From an uncultured Pelagibacteraceae bacterium (lineage in GTDB: Bacteria > Pseudomonadota > Alphaproteobacteria > Pelagibacterales > Pelagibacteraceae): DNA of 64,000 nucleotides. Each line of letters begins with the position of its first letter. Positions within the stretch are counted from its first letter, which is position 1. The stretch covers positions 28,716-92,715 of the forward strand of contig CABZJN010000002.1 of assembly GCA_902526085.1 (NCBI GenBank), written 5' to 3'. Shown here piece after piece: positions 1 to 9,441 of the stretch. The position numbers were made by a program, and so were the translations under genes. The notes under the pieces are model-generated. The model searched no databases. It worked only from the letters and a program-made list of their open reading frames with translations, and had not been told where the DNA came from.

Positions 1-1
1 G

Positions 2-55
2 GAAATTGTTTCATCTCATTATGTTGATCCTGAAGGAAAGAGGGTAAGAGGATGA
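2..55 (+). CDS. soxA: C-terminal fragment of sarcosine oxidase subunit alpha (partial, runs off window start)
   Basis: Frame from nt 2 reads EIVSSHYVDPEGKRVRG*, a typical GcvT_C-type ending. The stop overlaps the soxG start (ATGA). Confidence 0.7.
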   Translation, partial: EIVSSHYVDPEGKRVRG

Positions 56-639
56 CGGTGATTTCTGCATTACAAAATATCCATGTCGAGGGGTCCTTTG
101 GAAACTTTGAAAATAAATCTGAAAATGAATTATTAAAAATTAAAGAATTAAAAAATTTATTAATCGTTCAAATATTTCAGTATAAAAATTCTTCAATTAA
201 AATTGATGATATAAATTTTAACAATTTAAAATTTGTAAATCAGGCACAAAAAGTAGTTTCAAATGAAAATATAAGAGTTTTGTGGAATTCACCAAATAAT
301 TGGCTTTTAGTTTCTCATAAAAAAGAATTGTTAAAAGAAATTTACAGCACTTTTAATGAAAATGATTTTGCTGTTACAGACCTTTCTCATTCTAAAGCAA
401 CGATAGAATTAGAAGGACCATATGTAAAAGAAGTTTTAAAAAAAGGATGTCCTTTTAATTTTAACATTCTAACAAAAAATATGAGTATTAACTCAGCTTA
501 TAATGGAATTTCTTTTATAGTTGACATGGTTGAAAACGAACCGGAAAAAGTAAGAATTTTTTCTCTAAGAAGTTTTGGGGAATCTCTATACCATTCTATC
601 ACTGATGCTTCTTTAGAATTTGGCTATAAGTGTAATTAG
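52..639 (+). CDS. soxG: Sarcosine oxidase subunit gamma family protein
   Basis: LWNSPNNWLL, VTDLSH, LKKGCPFN and RSFGESL motifs; follows a soxA-like tail. Confidence 0.85.
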   Translation: MTVISALQNIHVEGSFGNFENKSENELLKIKELKNLLIVQIFQYKNSSIKIDDINFNNLKFVNQAQKVVSNENIRVLWNSPNNWLLVSHKKELLKEIYSTFNENDFAVTDLSHSKATIELEGPYVKEVLKKGCPFNFNILTKNMSINSAYNGISFIVDMVENEPEKVRIFSLRSFGESLYHSITDASLEFGYKCN

Positions 640-642
640 TTA

Positions 643-2256
643 TTATTCTTCAGTTTTAAATCTAGATTTCTGAATAAACAAAACAAATAGCACCGGTATA
701 ATTAAGGTAATAATCGTAACTGTTATTAATAACAATCCTAGCTCAGAATAGTCTGCTGTAGTTAAAATTGCGTTTGTAACCTTATCTTTTACTTCTCTTG
801 TAATTGTAAAAATTTCATTGAGATATTTTGTTAATAAAGCACTTGCAGACAAAGCTAAATTAGTGAATGAGGCAAAAACTGCAAAAAAAGTTGCTTTTAA
901 ATGTGAAGGTGCATTCTTAGCAATCCAAGCCAAAAGTGGAATCATAGATATTTGACCCAATGGAGATTCTAATGCTGTATTAATTATTGCTATAAATTTT
1001 GCATCAACAATTCCGTTTGTTAACGAAGAAGTCCAGTTATGAAATCCATAATACATTCCAACACTTGGCAAAAATAATATTGATCCAGCAATTGATAAAA
1101 TAACAATTATTTTAGCAATAGAATTTTTTGCCATGAATGGTCTAAGAATTATTATTCCAACTAATGTAAGTATAGATGCTAGTAAAGACAGTATAGAAAA
1201 AAATTGTTCATTAAATCGAAGTTCATCAATTTCAAACCATGATAAGCCTGGTCCAGGTCCGGGCATGGCTCTAAATATAAAAATAATTATAGCAGTTCCA
1301 ACTATAGTAAATCTTAACTTTTCAGGTAATTCCTTCATAAGTTTATTCATAAGAAATAAAATGATTAACATAGAACCTAAAAAAACAATTTCTTGTGCAA
1401 AAGGTAATCCTAACGAACCGACGCTCAATGTGAAAATTACAAAAATTAAACTACCGCCTAATATCCACCAATTAACTTTCGTTTTTTCGTGATTAAAATT
1501 GTCTTCCTCACCAGATAGACCTTGTCTAATTAAAATGTTTTTCTTTTTATTTTTTAAATAAGCAGCAAAAATAACACCTAAAATTGAAACCATTGGTATT
1601 ATTAATGCATAAAGATATATCGAGCCGTATAATTGAATTTTTTCAGTCTGTTCAAGGTCGTCTACACCCTTAAATAATATCACATTGGCAAGAGCAACCA
1701 ACACTGTCCCACCTATAATTGCAAATCTTCCAAGTGTTTGCATCGTTGTATGCATAATTTTAACTTGATCTGCTGTAAATTTTTCTCCGTTCTCATTTAT
1801 TAAAGGCACAGCTTCGACTGTCATTGCGTCAGCAACAACATCTTGAACTACATAACCAATAGGAGCTAAAAGTACACTTATTACAAACCAAGTTTCAACT
1901 TTTAGATAAGATGACATTTGTTCTGTATGAATTATTAGTCCGTACATTATTAATAAACTTGCAGCAATTAATGAGGCACCGACGTAAACCATGTAATTCT
2001 TTTTATTCCATATTAAATCTACCAAATGCCCTAGTGGCATTTTTAAAGCCCAAGGTATTCCTGCCCAGAAACCTAATCCTGCAAGAAATGCTGCAGATAA
2101 ATTTAAGTAATCTTTTACAAAGAAAGTACCTACTATTCCTGTAAGTCCAGATATACCTGCTGCCACGTAAATCATTAATGGAGGTAAATAAGACAATTTA
2201 AATTGTCTTCCTAAATCCAAAAGTGTTGAGTCTATAAATTGAATGATTTTGTTCAT
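643..2256 (-). CDS. BT1 (folate/biopterin transporter)-like MFS membrane protein
   Basis: About 12 hydrophobic segments; PWALKMPLGHLVD, QDVVADAMTVE and ATFFAVFASFTNL motifs typical of the BT1 family. Confidence 0.7.
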   Translation of the reverse strand: MNKIIQFIDSTLLDLGRQFKLSYLPPLMIYVAAGISGLTGIVGTFFVKDYLNLSAAFLAGLGFWAGIPWALKMPLGHLVDLIWNKKNYMVYVGASLIAASLLIMYGLIIHTEQMSSYLKVETWFVISVLLAPIGYVVQDVVADAMTVEAVPLINENGEKFTADQVKIMHTTMQTLGRFAIIGGTVLVALANVILFKGVDDLEQTEKIQLYGSIYLYALIIPMVSILGVIFAAYLKNKKKNILIRQGLSGEEDNFNHEKTKVNWWILGGSLIFVIFTLSVGSLGLPFAQEIVFLGSMLIILFLMNKLMKELPEKLRFTIVGTAIIIFIFRAMPGPGPGLSWFEIDELRFNEQFFSILSLLASILTLVGIIILRPFMAKNSIAKIIVILSIAGSILFLPSVGMYYGFHNWTSSLTNGIVDAKFIAIINTALESPLGQISMIPLLAWIAKNAPSHLKATFFAVFASFTNLALSASALLTKYLNEIFTITREVKDKVTNAILTTADYSELGLLLITVTIITLIIPVLFVLFIQKSRFKTEE

Positions 2257-2262
2257 TTATTC

Positions 2263-2703
2263 TTAATCTAAAAGATTTAATTTAATTAGACTATTATTTT
2301 TTGTTTCTTTGCACCACAATTCATAACTTTCGCACACTCTCCACAAATGATTTGTAGCTCTTTGTGATATTTCCAAGGGAAAATGACTCTTTGCATAGTA
2401 CAAATCAGGAAATTTAATCAATTGTTTAATCATTGCTTCTTTTTGTAAATTCAAAAGCCTTAAAACCTCTTTAGAAATTTTTTCTCCTGAGGTTTCATCA
2501 ACAAAATCGTTTTCTTTTAGTTTCTCAAACCATTCATCATGAAATTTACCACTACTTACTTTTTCATACAATTTTGAACCCATAAATCTTTCAATTGCAT
2601 CTATATTGGAAATATCAATATTTTGTTTTTTAATTTGAAATATTTCTAAATAGATTGCCTCAGCAACATAAAGTATGTAGGGTTTTTTATTTTCTACTCC
2701 CAT
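2263..2703 (-). CDS. Hypothetical protein
   Basis: 146-aa ORF packed 4-6 nt from its co-oriented neighbours; no motif recognised. Confidence 0.7.
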   Translation of the reverse strand: MGVENKKPYILYVAEAIYLEIFQIKKQNIDISNIDAIERFMGSKLYEKVSSGKFHDEWFEKLKENDFVDETSGEKISKEVLRLLNLQKEAMIKQLIKFPDLYYAKSHFPLEISQRATNHLWRVCESYELWCKETKNNSLIKLNLLD

Positions 2704-2707
2704 AAAA

Positions 2708-3166
2708 TTATAAATCTAAAGTGTAATAACAAGAATTAGGGTCCTCTTTATAGTGAGCAAATGGTTTACACTTAACAAATTTGAAATGTTCAAAAAGTTT
2801 TCTTGCAGGTAAAAAGAATTTTCCAGATCCCGTTTCAATACTAAGCTTTTTTATACCTAATTTTTTTGCCTGAATTATCAAATGTGAGATTATTTTACTA
2901 CCAATACCTCTATTTCTAAAATCGTCAGATACTCTAATAGATTTAAATTCTCCATGATTTGGTCCAATAAATTTTAAGGCTCCACACCCAATCAAATGAT
3001 TATTATTCCACAAGCTCCAAAATTTTATACTCGGATCTTTAAGTCCAGAGATATCTAAAACATGAGTGCTACCTTTAGAAGAAACAGATCTCAATTCAAT
3101 AAAGTGTTTTATTAAAAGATGATTTACCTTTGGGTGGTCAAAGTTATTTTCTATTGATTTAATCAT
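2708..3166 (-). CDS. GNAT family N-acetyltransferase (YsnE-like)
   Basis: GCGALK, GEFKSIRV, RNRGIG and LSIETGS motifs. Start moved to MIKSIENN at 3166 (3172 or 3178 also possible) because the track ORF overlaps the divergent SRAP gene. Confidence 0.8.
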   Translation of the reverse strand: MIKSIENNFDHPKVNHLLIKHFIELRSVSSKGSTHVLDISGLKDPSIKFWSLWNNNHLIGCGALKFIGPNHGEFKSIRVSDDFRNRGIGSKIISHLIIQAKKLGIKKLSIETGSGKFFLPARKLFEHFKFVKCKPFAHYKEDPNSCYYTLDL

Positions 3167-3215
3167 TTGCATGAACATATAATCTAAAAAAAAATTAAAC
3201 CAATACGAAAAAAAA

Positions 3216-3836
3216 ATGTGTGGAAGATACGTCATCACCAATGCAGTTTCAAAAACAAGTAAAATCGTTAAAACTGCGATTAAAGTAGAGGACTCAGAAA
3301 ATTATAATGCACATCCTTACCAAAAACTTCCGGTTATTAAGAAATATAACAATGGAAATACTCTTGAAAATTTAAAGTGGGGGATTGTACCTAGTTGGGC
3401 TAAAAAAAAAGACTTTAAACCACTGATTAATGCAAGATTAGAGACGATTGATGAAAAGGTCTCTTTTAAAAAGTTAATAAAGCTTCAAAGATGTGTTGCT
3501 GTGGCCGACGGATTTTATGAATGGAAGAGAATAGAAAAAGAGAAGACGCCTTATTACTTTTTAAGAGAGGATAAGAAACTTATTTATATTGCTGGTATTT
3601 ATGAAGAAGATCAATTTTGTATGATTACTGAAGAAGCAAGTTCAAATGTAACAGAAATTCATCACAGACAGCCAGTTATCTTAAATGAAAGTGATGTTAA
3701 TAAATATTTGAATATTGAAATTTCAGGTTCAAATTATTTAAAACAATCGCAAAAATCAAAACTTTCTTTTTATGAAATTTCTAAGGATGTAAATAAGCCA
3801 ACAAATAACAATATTTCTCTAATACAACCTATATAA
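3216..3836 (+). CDS. SOS response-associated peptidase (SRAP/YedK/HMCES family), abasic-site protection
   Basis: N-terminal MCGRY with the catalytic Cys2; INARLET, GFYEW and IHHRQPVIL motifs. Confidence 0.92.
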   Translation: MCGRYVITNAVSKTSKIVKTAIKVEDSENYNAHPYQKLPVIKKYNNGNTLENLKWGIVPSWAKKKDFKPLINARLETIDEKVSFKKLIKLQRCVAVADGFYEWKRIEKEKTPYYFLREDKKLIYIAGIYEEDQFCMITEEASSNVTEIHHRQPVILNESDVNKYLNIEISGSNYLKQSQKSKLSFYEISKDVNKPTNNNISLIQPI

Positions 3837-3838
3837 AA

Positions 3839-4882
3839 TTATTTTTTGATGATTGTTAAATGTCCCATTTTCCTTTTTGCTTTTACTTGTTTTTTTAAAT
3901 AATCATAAAAAAACTCATTCTCTTTAAAAGTTTTACTTCTATAAATTGTTATGTCATCACCAATGAGATTAATCATTTGAGCATTATATATTTTTTTTGT
4001 ATCGATTTTTTTTAAACCACAAACAGCTCTTATATGATTTTCAAATTGACTAACATTATGTGAGTTTATTGTTAGATGACCAGAATTATGAACTCTAGGT
4101 GCAATTTCATTAACATATAAGTTTTCATTTTTATCAATAAAAAACTCAACACATAAGGTTCCAATATAATCTAGTTCTTCAACAATTTGTTTTGCCCATT
4201 CTTTAGATTTTACCTTTATTGTTTCTGAAATTTCAGCAGGAATTTTTGAATGTTTCAAAATTTGATCCTCATGAACATTCTCAATCGGTTCATATATTTC
4301 ATATTTTTGATTGCCAAATCTACATATGACAATTGAAATTTCTTTTTTTAAATTAATAAACTTTTCTAAAATATATTCTTTAGTAAAATCAATGTCTTCA
4401 TTTACGTCAATAAAACTATTTAATTTATATTGACCTTTACCATCATATCCAAGAGTAGTAGTTTTTAGTAACCCAGGTAGAAGGTTTTCATTATCTTTTA
4501 TCTCATCCTTATTTTTAATTAAAGCATAGTTAGTTGTTCTAATATTATTTTTATTTAAAAAATCTTTTTCAGATAATCTATTTTGGATTAAACTATTTAT
4601 TTCTGGTTTGGGCAAAACACTCTTTGATTTATTTATTTCATTTAATATATCAAAGGGTATATTTTCAAATTCATAGGTAACTAAATCAACGCTATTAATA
4701 AATTTTGTTATAATTTTTGTATCATTATACTTTCCATAAATGAACTTATTTGCAAAATTTTTGGCAGGCGCATCTGGATCATCACTAAGTACTACAGTTT
4801 TTATATCTATCTTTTTAGCAGCTTCAGAAAGCATACTGCCTAGCTGACCACCTCCAATTATTCCTAAAACTGGCTGGCTCAT
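3839..4882 (-). CDS. purK: 5-(carboxyamino)imidazole ribonucleotide synthase
   Basis: GIIGGGQLG, TYEFEN, GYDGKGQ, NEIAPRVHNSGH and RKMGH motifs; adjacent to purE. Confidence 0.97.
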   Translation of the reverse strand: MSQPVLGIIGGGQLGSMLSEAAKKIDIKTVVLSDDPDAPAKNFANKFIYGKYNDTKIITKFINSVDLVTYEFENIPFDILNEINKSKSVLPKPEINSLIQNRLSEKDFLNKNNIRTTNYALIKNKDEIKDNENLLPGLLKTTTLGYDGKGQYKLNSFIDVNEDIDFTKEYILEKFINLKKEISIVICRFGNQKYEIYEPIENVHEDQILKHSKIPAEISETIKVKSKEWAKQIVEELDYIGTLCVEFFIDKNENLYVNEIAPRVHNSGHLTINSHNVSQFENHIRAVCGLKKIDTKKIYNAQMINLIGDDITIYRSKTFKENEFFYDYLKKQVKAKRKMGHLTIIKK

Positions 4883-5377
4883 TTATTTAGGTTTTTTTTT
4901 AACAGATTTTGATTGTTTAGATCGCCACTTGTTGAGATTATTTTTAACACCCATATCAAACGTAGAGATAATTGAAGCTGCATATAATGCGGCATTTATT
5001 GCTCCATCTGTACCTATTGCTACAGTTCCAACCGGTATACCTTTTGGCATTTGAGCTATTGAAAGTAAACTGTCCATACCTTTTAATTTTTTACTTTCAA
5101 TTGGCACTCCAATTACTGGAATTCTTGTCAGAGACGCAATCATTCCTGGCAAATGGGCTGATCCTCCTGCTCCAGCAATTATCACAGAAATATTATTTTT
5201 TTCAGCAGATTTTGCATATTTAAACATGCGTTCTGGAGTTCTATGAGCTGAAACTATATTTGTTTCATAATTAATTTTAAGCAATTTAAGAATTTTTTCA
5301 CAAAATTTCATGGTTGAGTAATCAGAATTACTTCCCATAACAATTGATACCTTGTGACTATATTTTTTGTTTTTCAT
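4883..5377 (-). CDS. purE: N5-carboxyaminoimidazole ribonucleotide mutase
   Basis: [25 protein letters not shown] and QMPKGIPV motifs. Confidence 0.97.
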   Translation of the reverse strand: MKNKKYSHKVSIVMGSNSDYSTMKFCEKILKLLKINYETNIVSAHRTPERMFKYAKSAEKNNISVIIAGAGGSAHLPGMIASLTRIPVIGVPIESKKLKGMDSLLSIAQMPKGIPVGTVAIGTDGAINAALYAASIISTFDMGVKNNLNKWRSKQSKSVKKKPK

Positions 5378-5464
5378 GATATAAATTTGAATTAGTTTAG
5401 ATTAGCATATTCTTTAAATTTAAACTAGTCGACAAATTATATTATACTTATATGGTCTTTAAAT

Positions 5465-6433
5465 ATGAACTATCGAATTGACAATCTTCAATATTGTAAT
5501 TGGTCTAGAGATATTTTTTTAATCAATAGGGAAGCAGGCTTAAATGCAGTACACGTTACTCTAGTATATCACGAAGATTATGACGAATTTTTGCTAAGAG
5601 TAAAAGAGTGGGATAGATTTTTTGAAGAAAATTCAGACTTAATATTTTTAGGAAAAACATTTGAAGATATTACAAAAGCTCAGTCAGACAATAAAACAGC
5701 AATTTTTTTCGGTTTTCAAAATTGTTCACCAATTGAGGATGATATAAATTTAATAGAGAAAGTTTATGAGCATGGTTGTAGATTTATGCAACTTACTTAT
5801 AATAATCAATCTCTTCTAGCTACAGGATGTTATGAAAAAAATGACTCTGGAGTCACGAATTTTGGAAGAGAAGCAATTAAAGAGATGAACAGGGTAGGTA
5901 TAGTTGTGGACATGTCCCATTCAGCAGAGAAAAGTACTTTGGATGCAATAGAAATAAGTGAAAAACCAATTGCAATTACCCATGCTAATCCTTCTTTCTG
6001 GCATCAAGCTTTAAGAAATAAATCAGATTTCTTGTTAAAGAAACTTTCTGAAAGTGGGGGTATCTTAGGTTTGTCATTATATTCTCATCATTTAAAAGAT
6101 GGAACAAATTGTAAATTAGAAAGCTTTTGTGAAATGGTTGCTAAAACTGCAGAAATAATGGAAGTAAAAAATATTGGTATTGGATCAGATCTTTGTTTGA
6201 ACCAACCTGACAGTGTTGTTGAATGGATGAGAAATGGAACTTGGTCTAAAAGTACAAATTATGGAGAGGGAAGTAAAAAAAAACCTGGATTTCCAAAACA
6301 GCCTGACTGGTTTTTGGATGCCAGAGGATTTGATAATTTAGAAAATGGATTAAAAAAAGTTGGTTTTAATAAGGAAGAAGTAGAAGGAATTTTAGGAAAT
6401 AATTGGTTTAATTTTTATAAAGGAATTAATTAA
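5465..6433 (+). CDS. Membrane dipeptidase (M19)-like amidohydrolase with an atypical metal site
   Basis: MQLTYN, EMNRVGIVVDMSH, ITHAN and IGIGSD motifs. The N-terminal HxD is replaced by DNLQY. Confidence 0.85.
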   Translation: MNYRIDNLQYCNWSRDIFLINREAGLNAVHVTLVYHEDYDEFLLRVKEWDRFFEENSDLIFLGKTFEDITKAQSDNKTAIFFGFQNCSPIEDDINLIEKVYEHGCRFMQLTYNNQSLLATGCYEKNDSGVTNFGREAIKEMNRVGIVVDMSHSAEKSTLDAIEISEKPIAITHANPSFWHQALRNKSDFLLKKLSESGGILGLSLYSHHLKDGTNCKLESFCEMVAKTAEIMEVKNIGIGSDLCLNQPDSVVEWMRNGTWSKSTNYGEGSKKKPGFPKQPDWFLDARGFDNLENGLKKVGFNKEEVEGILGNNWFNFYKGIN

Positions 6434-8088
6434 TGGAAATAAGATTAAGAGATCCAAAATTTTTGATGAAACTATCTAAATTGGGATCTTTTCATCAATC
6501 AAAATTATCATTTCTAAGATCTTTTTTATCTGAATTTAAAGATTGGAAATATAGCCGAGATTTATTTCAACTAAATGACAAAGGGCATGGTAGAGCAGTT
6601 TATTCATTTACAAAAAACAAAAGAACATATTCTCTCATTTGTTTTGCTAACGAAATCAATGATGACGAAAGATCAGATAGAGTAATAGCCACTAAGTGGG
6701 ATGCTGCTTTTACCTTATTTGATGGAATTCCTTCAAAAGAAGACATAGATAGACTTAACAATAATGTTCCAAAACAAGAGGTAGGAAGACTTTCGTATAA
6801 GGAATTAACGTTATCAAGAGCTAACAAGTCAGTTAGAGTTTTCGACCATGTGGTTGACAGTTTATCAAATGGAGAGCAACCTAATAAAGACATTTTATCA
6901 AAGGTAGGCTATTTATATAGAACAACAGCAGTTTATGGATCAGGAAAATTTGGTTTAGCGGACAGATTTAGAATTAAAAATAGAGAGGAAATCAGAGGAC
7001 CTTTTAGATTAGAGATGATGCTAGTTTATCTCGTTAGACAATTTACATTTGATCAGGTTAATCATATTGCAAAAAATAAAAATCCAAAACTAGCAGTAGA
7101 ATTAGATCCTAAAATTAGCAGGAGCTTAGGAATAGGAAATTCCACAGGCCTTGGTATGGCTCCTTTTATTGTTAATCATCCTACTTTGTTGAATAATTGG
7201 ATACATGCAAGAGAAACTGCTTTAAAACAAATAAGAGAAATAGAGCAAGTTTCAAAAAATGAGATTGATATTTTTTATAATTGCCTAATTAAATCTTTAA
7301 AGAATATAACCAGTTGGCACACTGATAGCGAATTTCAAAAAGAAAAAATCAAAGGTTTAATTGAAGATTTAAAAAAGTTTATAAAATTTATGAAAGAAGA
7401 TTTTAAATTTCAAAATTCATATCAATTTAATCAAATTTACAACTGGTCAGAGGAAAATTTAAATGATGAATGTATAGAATATATTGTATCTATGATGATG
7501 GAGCCATTTGATGACATAGTTAATCCATTGATTACGCAAATGAGTTCTGATGAGGAAGAGCATTTTAACATTCCTGTTGATAGAACTATTGAAGATTTAA
7601 GAAACATATTAGAAAATAAATATTCTGAAATACTTAAAATTGATTTTTTAAAAGACGAAAATAATCAAAACTTTTGGTTTATATCAAAAAATAAAGAAGA
7701 GCCTAGAATAGGAGACAGATATATTGATGAGGGATCTGATTTAGAACAACCTTTGGCAATAGCAAGAGACATAAATAAACTTTATGAAGCTATATTTACA
7801 AAAAAAAATAGTTCTAAAATTGGAAAATTTTTAAAAGATAATAATCATTTGAGACACGTTGTCAGAAGAGCATTTATTGCAGAAAAGTTTCCTTATTCAG
7901 AAATCCAAGACAATACAATCGGGTCCAAACTAGTTCCAATTGATATGTTAAGACTAAAATTATCATTTTTTGGAGCTATAAAGTTTGATCCTAGATCAGA
8001 TAAATGGTTGCGTATTTGCATGTTCCAAGGAGCACCTTTGCCTTCAGAATTGGGAAATTTTGATGATAAATGGATTTATAAATCATAA
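6433..8088 (+). CDS. Conserved hypothetical protein (551 aa), function unknown
   Basis: Long ORF translationally coupled (TAATG) to the dipeptidase-like gene; contains several Gly/aromatic-rich, motif-like blocks. Confidence 0.85.
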   Translation: MEIRLRDPKFLMKLSKLGSFHQSKLSFLRSFLSEFKDWKYSRDLFQLNDKGHGRAVYSFTKNKRTYSLICFANEINDDERSDRVIATKWDAAFTLFDGIPSKEDIDRLNNNVPKQEVGRLSYKELTLSRANKSVRVFDHVVDSLSNGEQPNKDILSKVGYLYRTTAVYGSGKFGLADRFRIKNREEIRGPFRLEMMLVYLVRQFTFDQVNHIAKNKNPKLAVELDPKISRSLGIGNSTGLGMAPFIVNHPTLLNNWIHARETALKQIREIEQVSKNEIDIFYNCLIKSLKNITSWHTDSEFQKEKIKGLIEDLKKFIKFMKEDFKFQNSYQFNQIYNWSEENLNDECIEYIVSMMMEPFDDIVNPLITQMSSDEEEHFNIPVDRTIEDLRNILENKYSEILKIDFLKDENNQNFWFISKNKEEPRIGDRYIDEGSDLEQPLAIARDINKLYEAIFTKKNSSKIGKFLKDNNHLRHVVRRAFIAEKFPYSEIQDNTIGSKLVPIDMLRLKLSFFGAIKFDPRSDKWLRICMFQGAPLPSELGNFDDKWIYKS

Positions 8089-8092
8089 ATAA

Positions 8093-8701
8093 ATGAGAAG
8101 CTTTAGTGAAATAGAAGTAACTACAAAAAAAGCATCCAAAGCTATTGGTTTTTCTTGGGGAATATCAGAGGAGGTTGGAAAAAATATTCGATTATTAGAA
8201 ATGTTTGGACTACCAGGGCTTAAAAATTTAAACCAATACTACAAAATTTATAAAATTAGTAATTTTGAAAATATAGATGAAATATCTGCCTCAAATACTC
8301 CAAAGACTTTTTATTGTCCTATATTATCTGGATTAAATTTTTTTGATCAATCTTCATCAATATCTAAATTCAATGAAATTGTAATAAATAAGATTGCTTT
8401 TCCACTTATTTTTTTATCATTTGTAAGCAGAACTTCAGAAATTATTAGTAAGAGAATTTTTTTAAAGATGGATGATAAAGAATTTTTATTTAATTTTAAC
8501 GAATCTATTTACTCCAACTATTTAACAGGGGATGTACTAGAAAAATCAGACAAAATTAATTTAAAATTTTTAGATAATAAGAACAGTTTTACTGAAGATG
8601 ATTGGTCTGAAATTTATAATTTATCACTAAAAACTTATGTTGATGAGAGTGACAAATCAAGAGAACGAACAGCAGGAGCTGGATTAACAGATAATGACTA
8701 A
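8093..8701 (+). CDS. DUF3726-like protein
   Basis: N-terminal SFSEIE..KKASKAIGFSWGISEE and C-terminal SRERTAGAGLTDND resemble DUF3726 members. Confidence 0.75.
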   Translation: MRSFSEIEVTTKKASKAIGFSWGISEEVGKNIRLLEMFGLPGLKNLNQYYKIYKISNFENIDEISASNTPKTFYCPILSGLNFFDQSSSISKFNEIVINKIAFPLIFLSFVSRTSEIISKRIFLKMDDKEFLFNFNESIYSNYLTGDVLEKSDKINLKFLDNKNSFTEDDWSEIYNLSLKTYVDESDKSRERTAGAGLTDND

Positions 8702-8861
8702 AGAATATAATGCAGAATTAAATAAGAATTTAGAGGAAGATTTAAATGATATTTGTGAAGAGTGTAAAAAAGAAGATGAAAGTGTAACTCAAAATTTATT
8801 CCTTACTGGTTTTAAAATATGCAAATCTTGCAGAACATCTAAAACTGTTTTTCCTTTTTAG
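8694..8861 (+). CDS. 55-aa zinc-finger-like microprotein (CxxC...CxxC), not in the ORF track
   Basis: Hand translation: MTKEYNAELNKNLEEDLNDICEECKKEDESVTQNLFLTGFKICKSCRTSKTVFPF*. It overlaps the DUF3726 stop by 8 nt and fills the gap to the convergent gene. Confidence 0.7.
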   Translation: MTKEYNAELNKNLEEDLNDICEECKKEDESVTQNLFLTGFKICKSCRTSKTVFPF

Positions 8862-9403
8862 CTAATATTACTTATTGGAATTGAATTCATTCTATTAATT
8901 ATGAATGTTATAGATAGAAAAGCTATTATGAGAAAAGATAAAAATACTATTCCAAATGATTTCAAGTTAGATTTTAAATTCAAAACTTGTTTTGTTGAAA
9001 TTATAAGAGATGCAAAAATCCAAAATTGAGTAAGGAAAATAATTGGTAGAACTAAGTCAGGTGTTACTGCAAAAAATCTTATTAAACCTGGCGCATGAGC
9101 ATATCCCACAGAAATTAAAATCTTTTTAAAAGGAACTTTACTCCCTTTATCTGGAAAAATTTTTACTCCAATTACAAAAATAAATATAGCCCAAACAAGC
9201 CACGTCAATAAGGCTGTCAAACCTGAGATACCAATTGATGTTCTCACAATTGAATTTGCTGCTACAGCTCCAGCCACACCATCAAGTATCATTACAAGAC
9301 CAGCAAAATAAATTGCAGCCTCACCAAAGTATTTGTTATCTTTGTATAAGCTTTTATCTAATTTTAATGATTTAAAAAAAATTTCTAGAAATTGTGCGAA
9401 CAT
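8858..9403 (-). CDS. Hypothetical membrane protein (Yip1-like topology)
   Basis: About 5 hydrophobic segments and a GYAHAPG motif. Confidence 0.7.
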   Translation of the reverse strand: MFAQFLEIFFKSLKLDKSLYKDNKYFGEAAIYFAGLVMILDGVAGAVAANSIVRTSIGISGLTALLTWLVWAIFIFVIGVKIFPDKGSKVPFKKILISVGYAHAPGLIRFFAVTPDLVLPIIFLTQFWIFASLIISTKQVLNLKSNLKSFGIVFLSFLIIAFLSITFIINRMNSIPISNIS

Positions 9404-9410
9404 TATAACT

Positions 9411-9433
9411 AGGGAGGAGCTAAACTCCTCCCT
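9411..9433 (-). terminator. GC-rich hairpin downstream of the gcvT-like gene (terminator or translational control element)
   Basis: Perfect 9-bp inverted repeat AGGGAGGAG-N5-CTCCTCCCT; the U-tail is short. Confidence 0.55.
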
Positions 9434-9441
9434 TCAATTTT

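Noticed and set aside
3167-3241. Apparent head-to-head overlap of the GNAT and SRAP genes
   Set aside because: It arises from the longest-ORF start. A downstream Met (3166-3178) gives a normal GNAT and a short divergent promoter gap.
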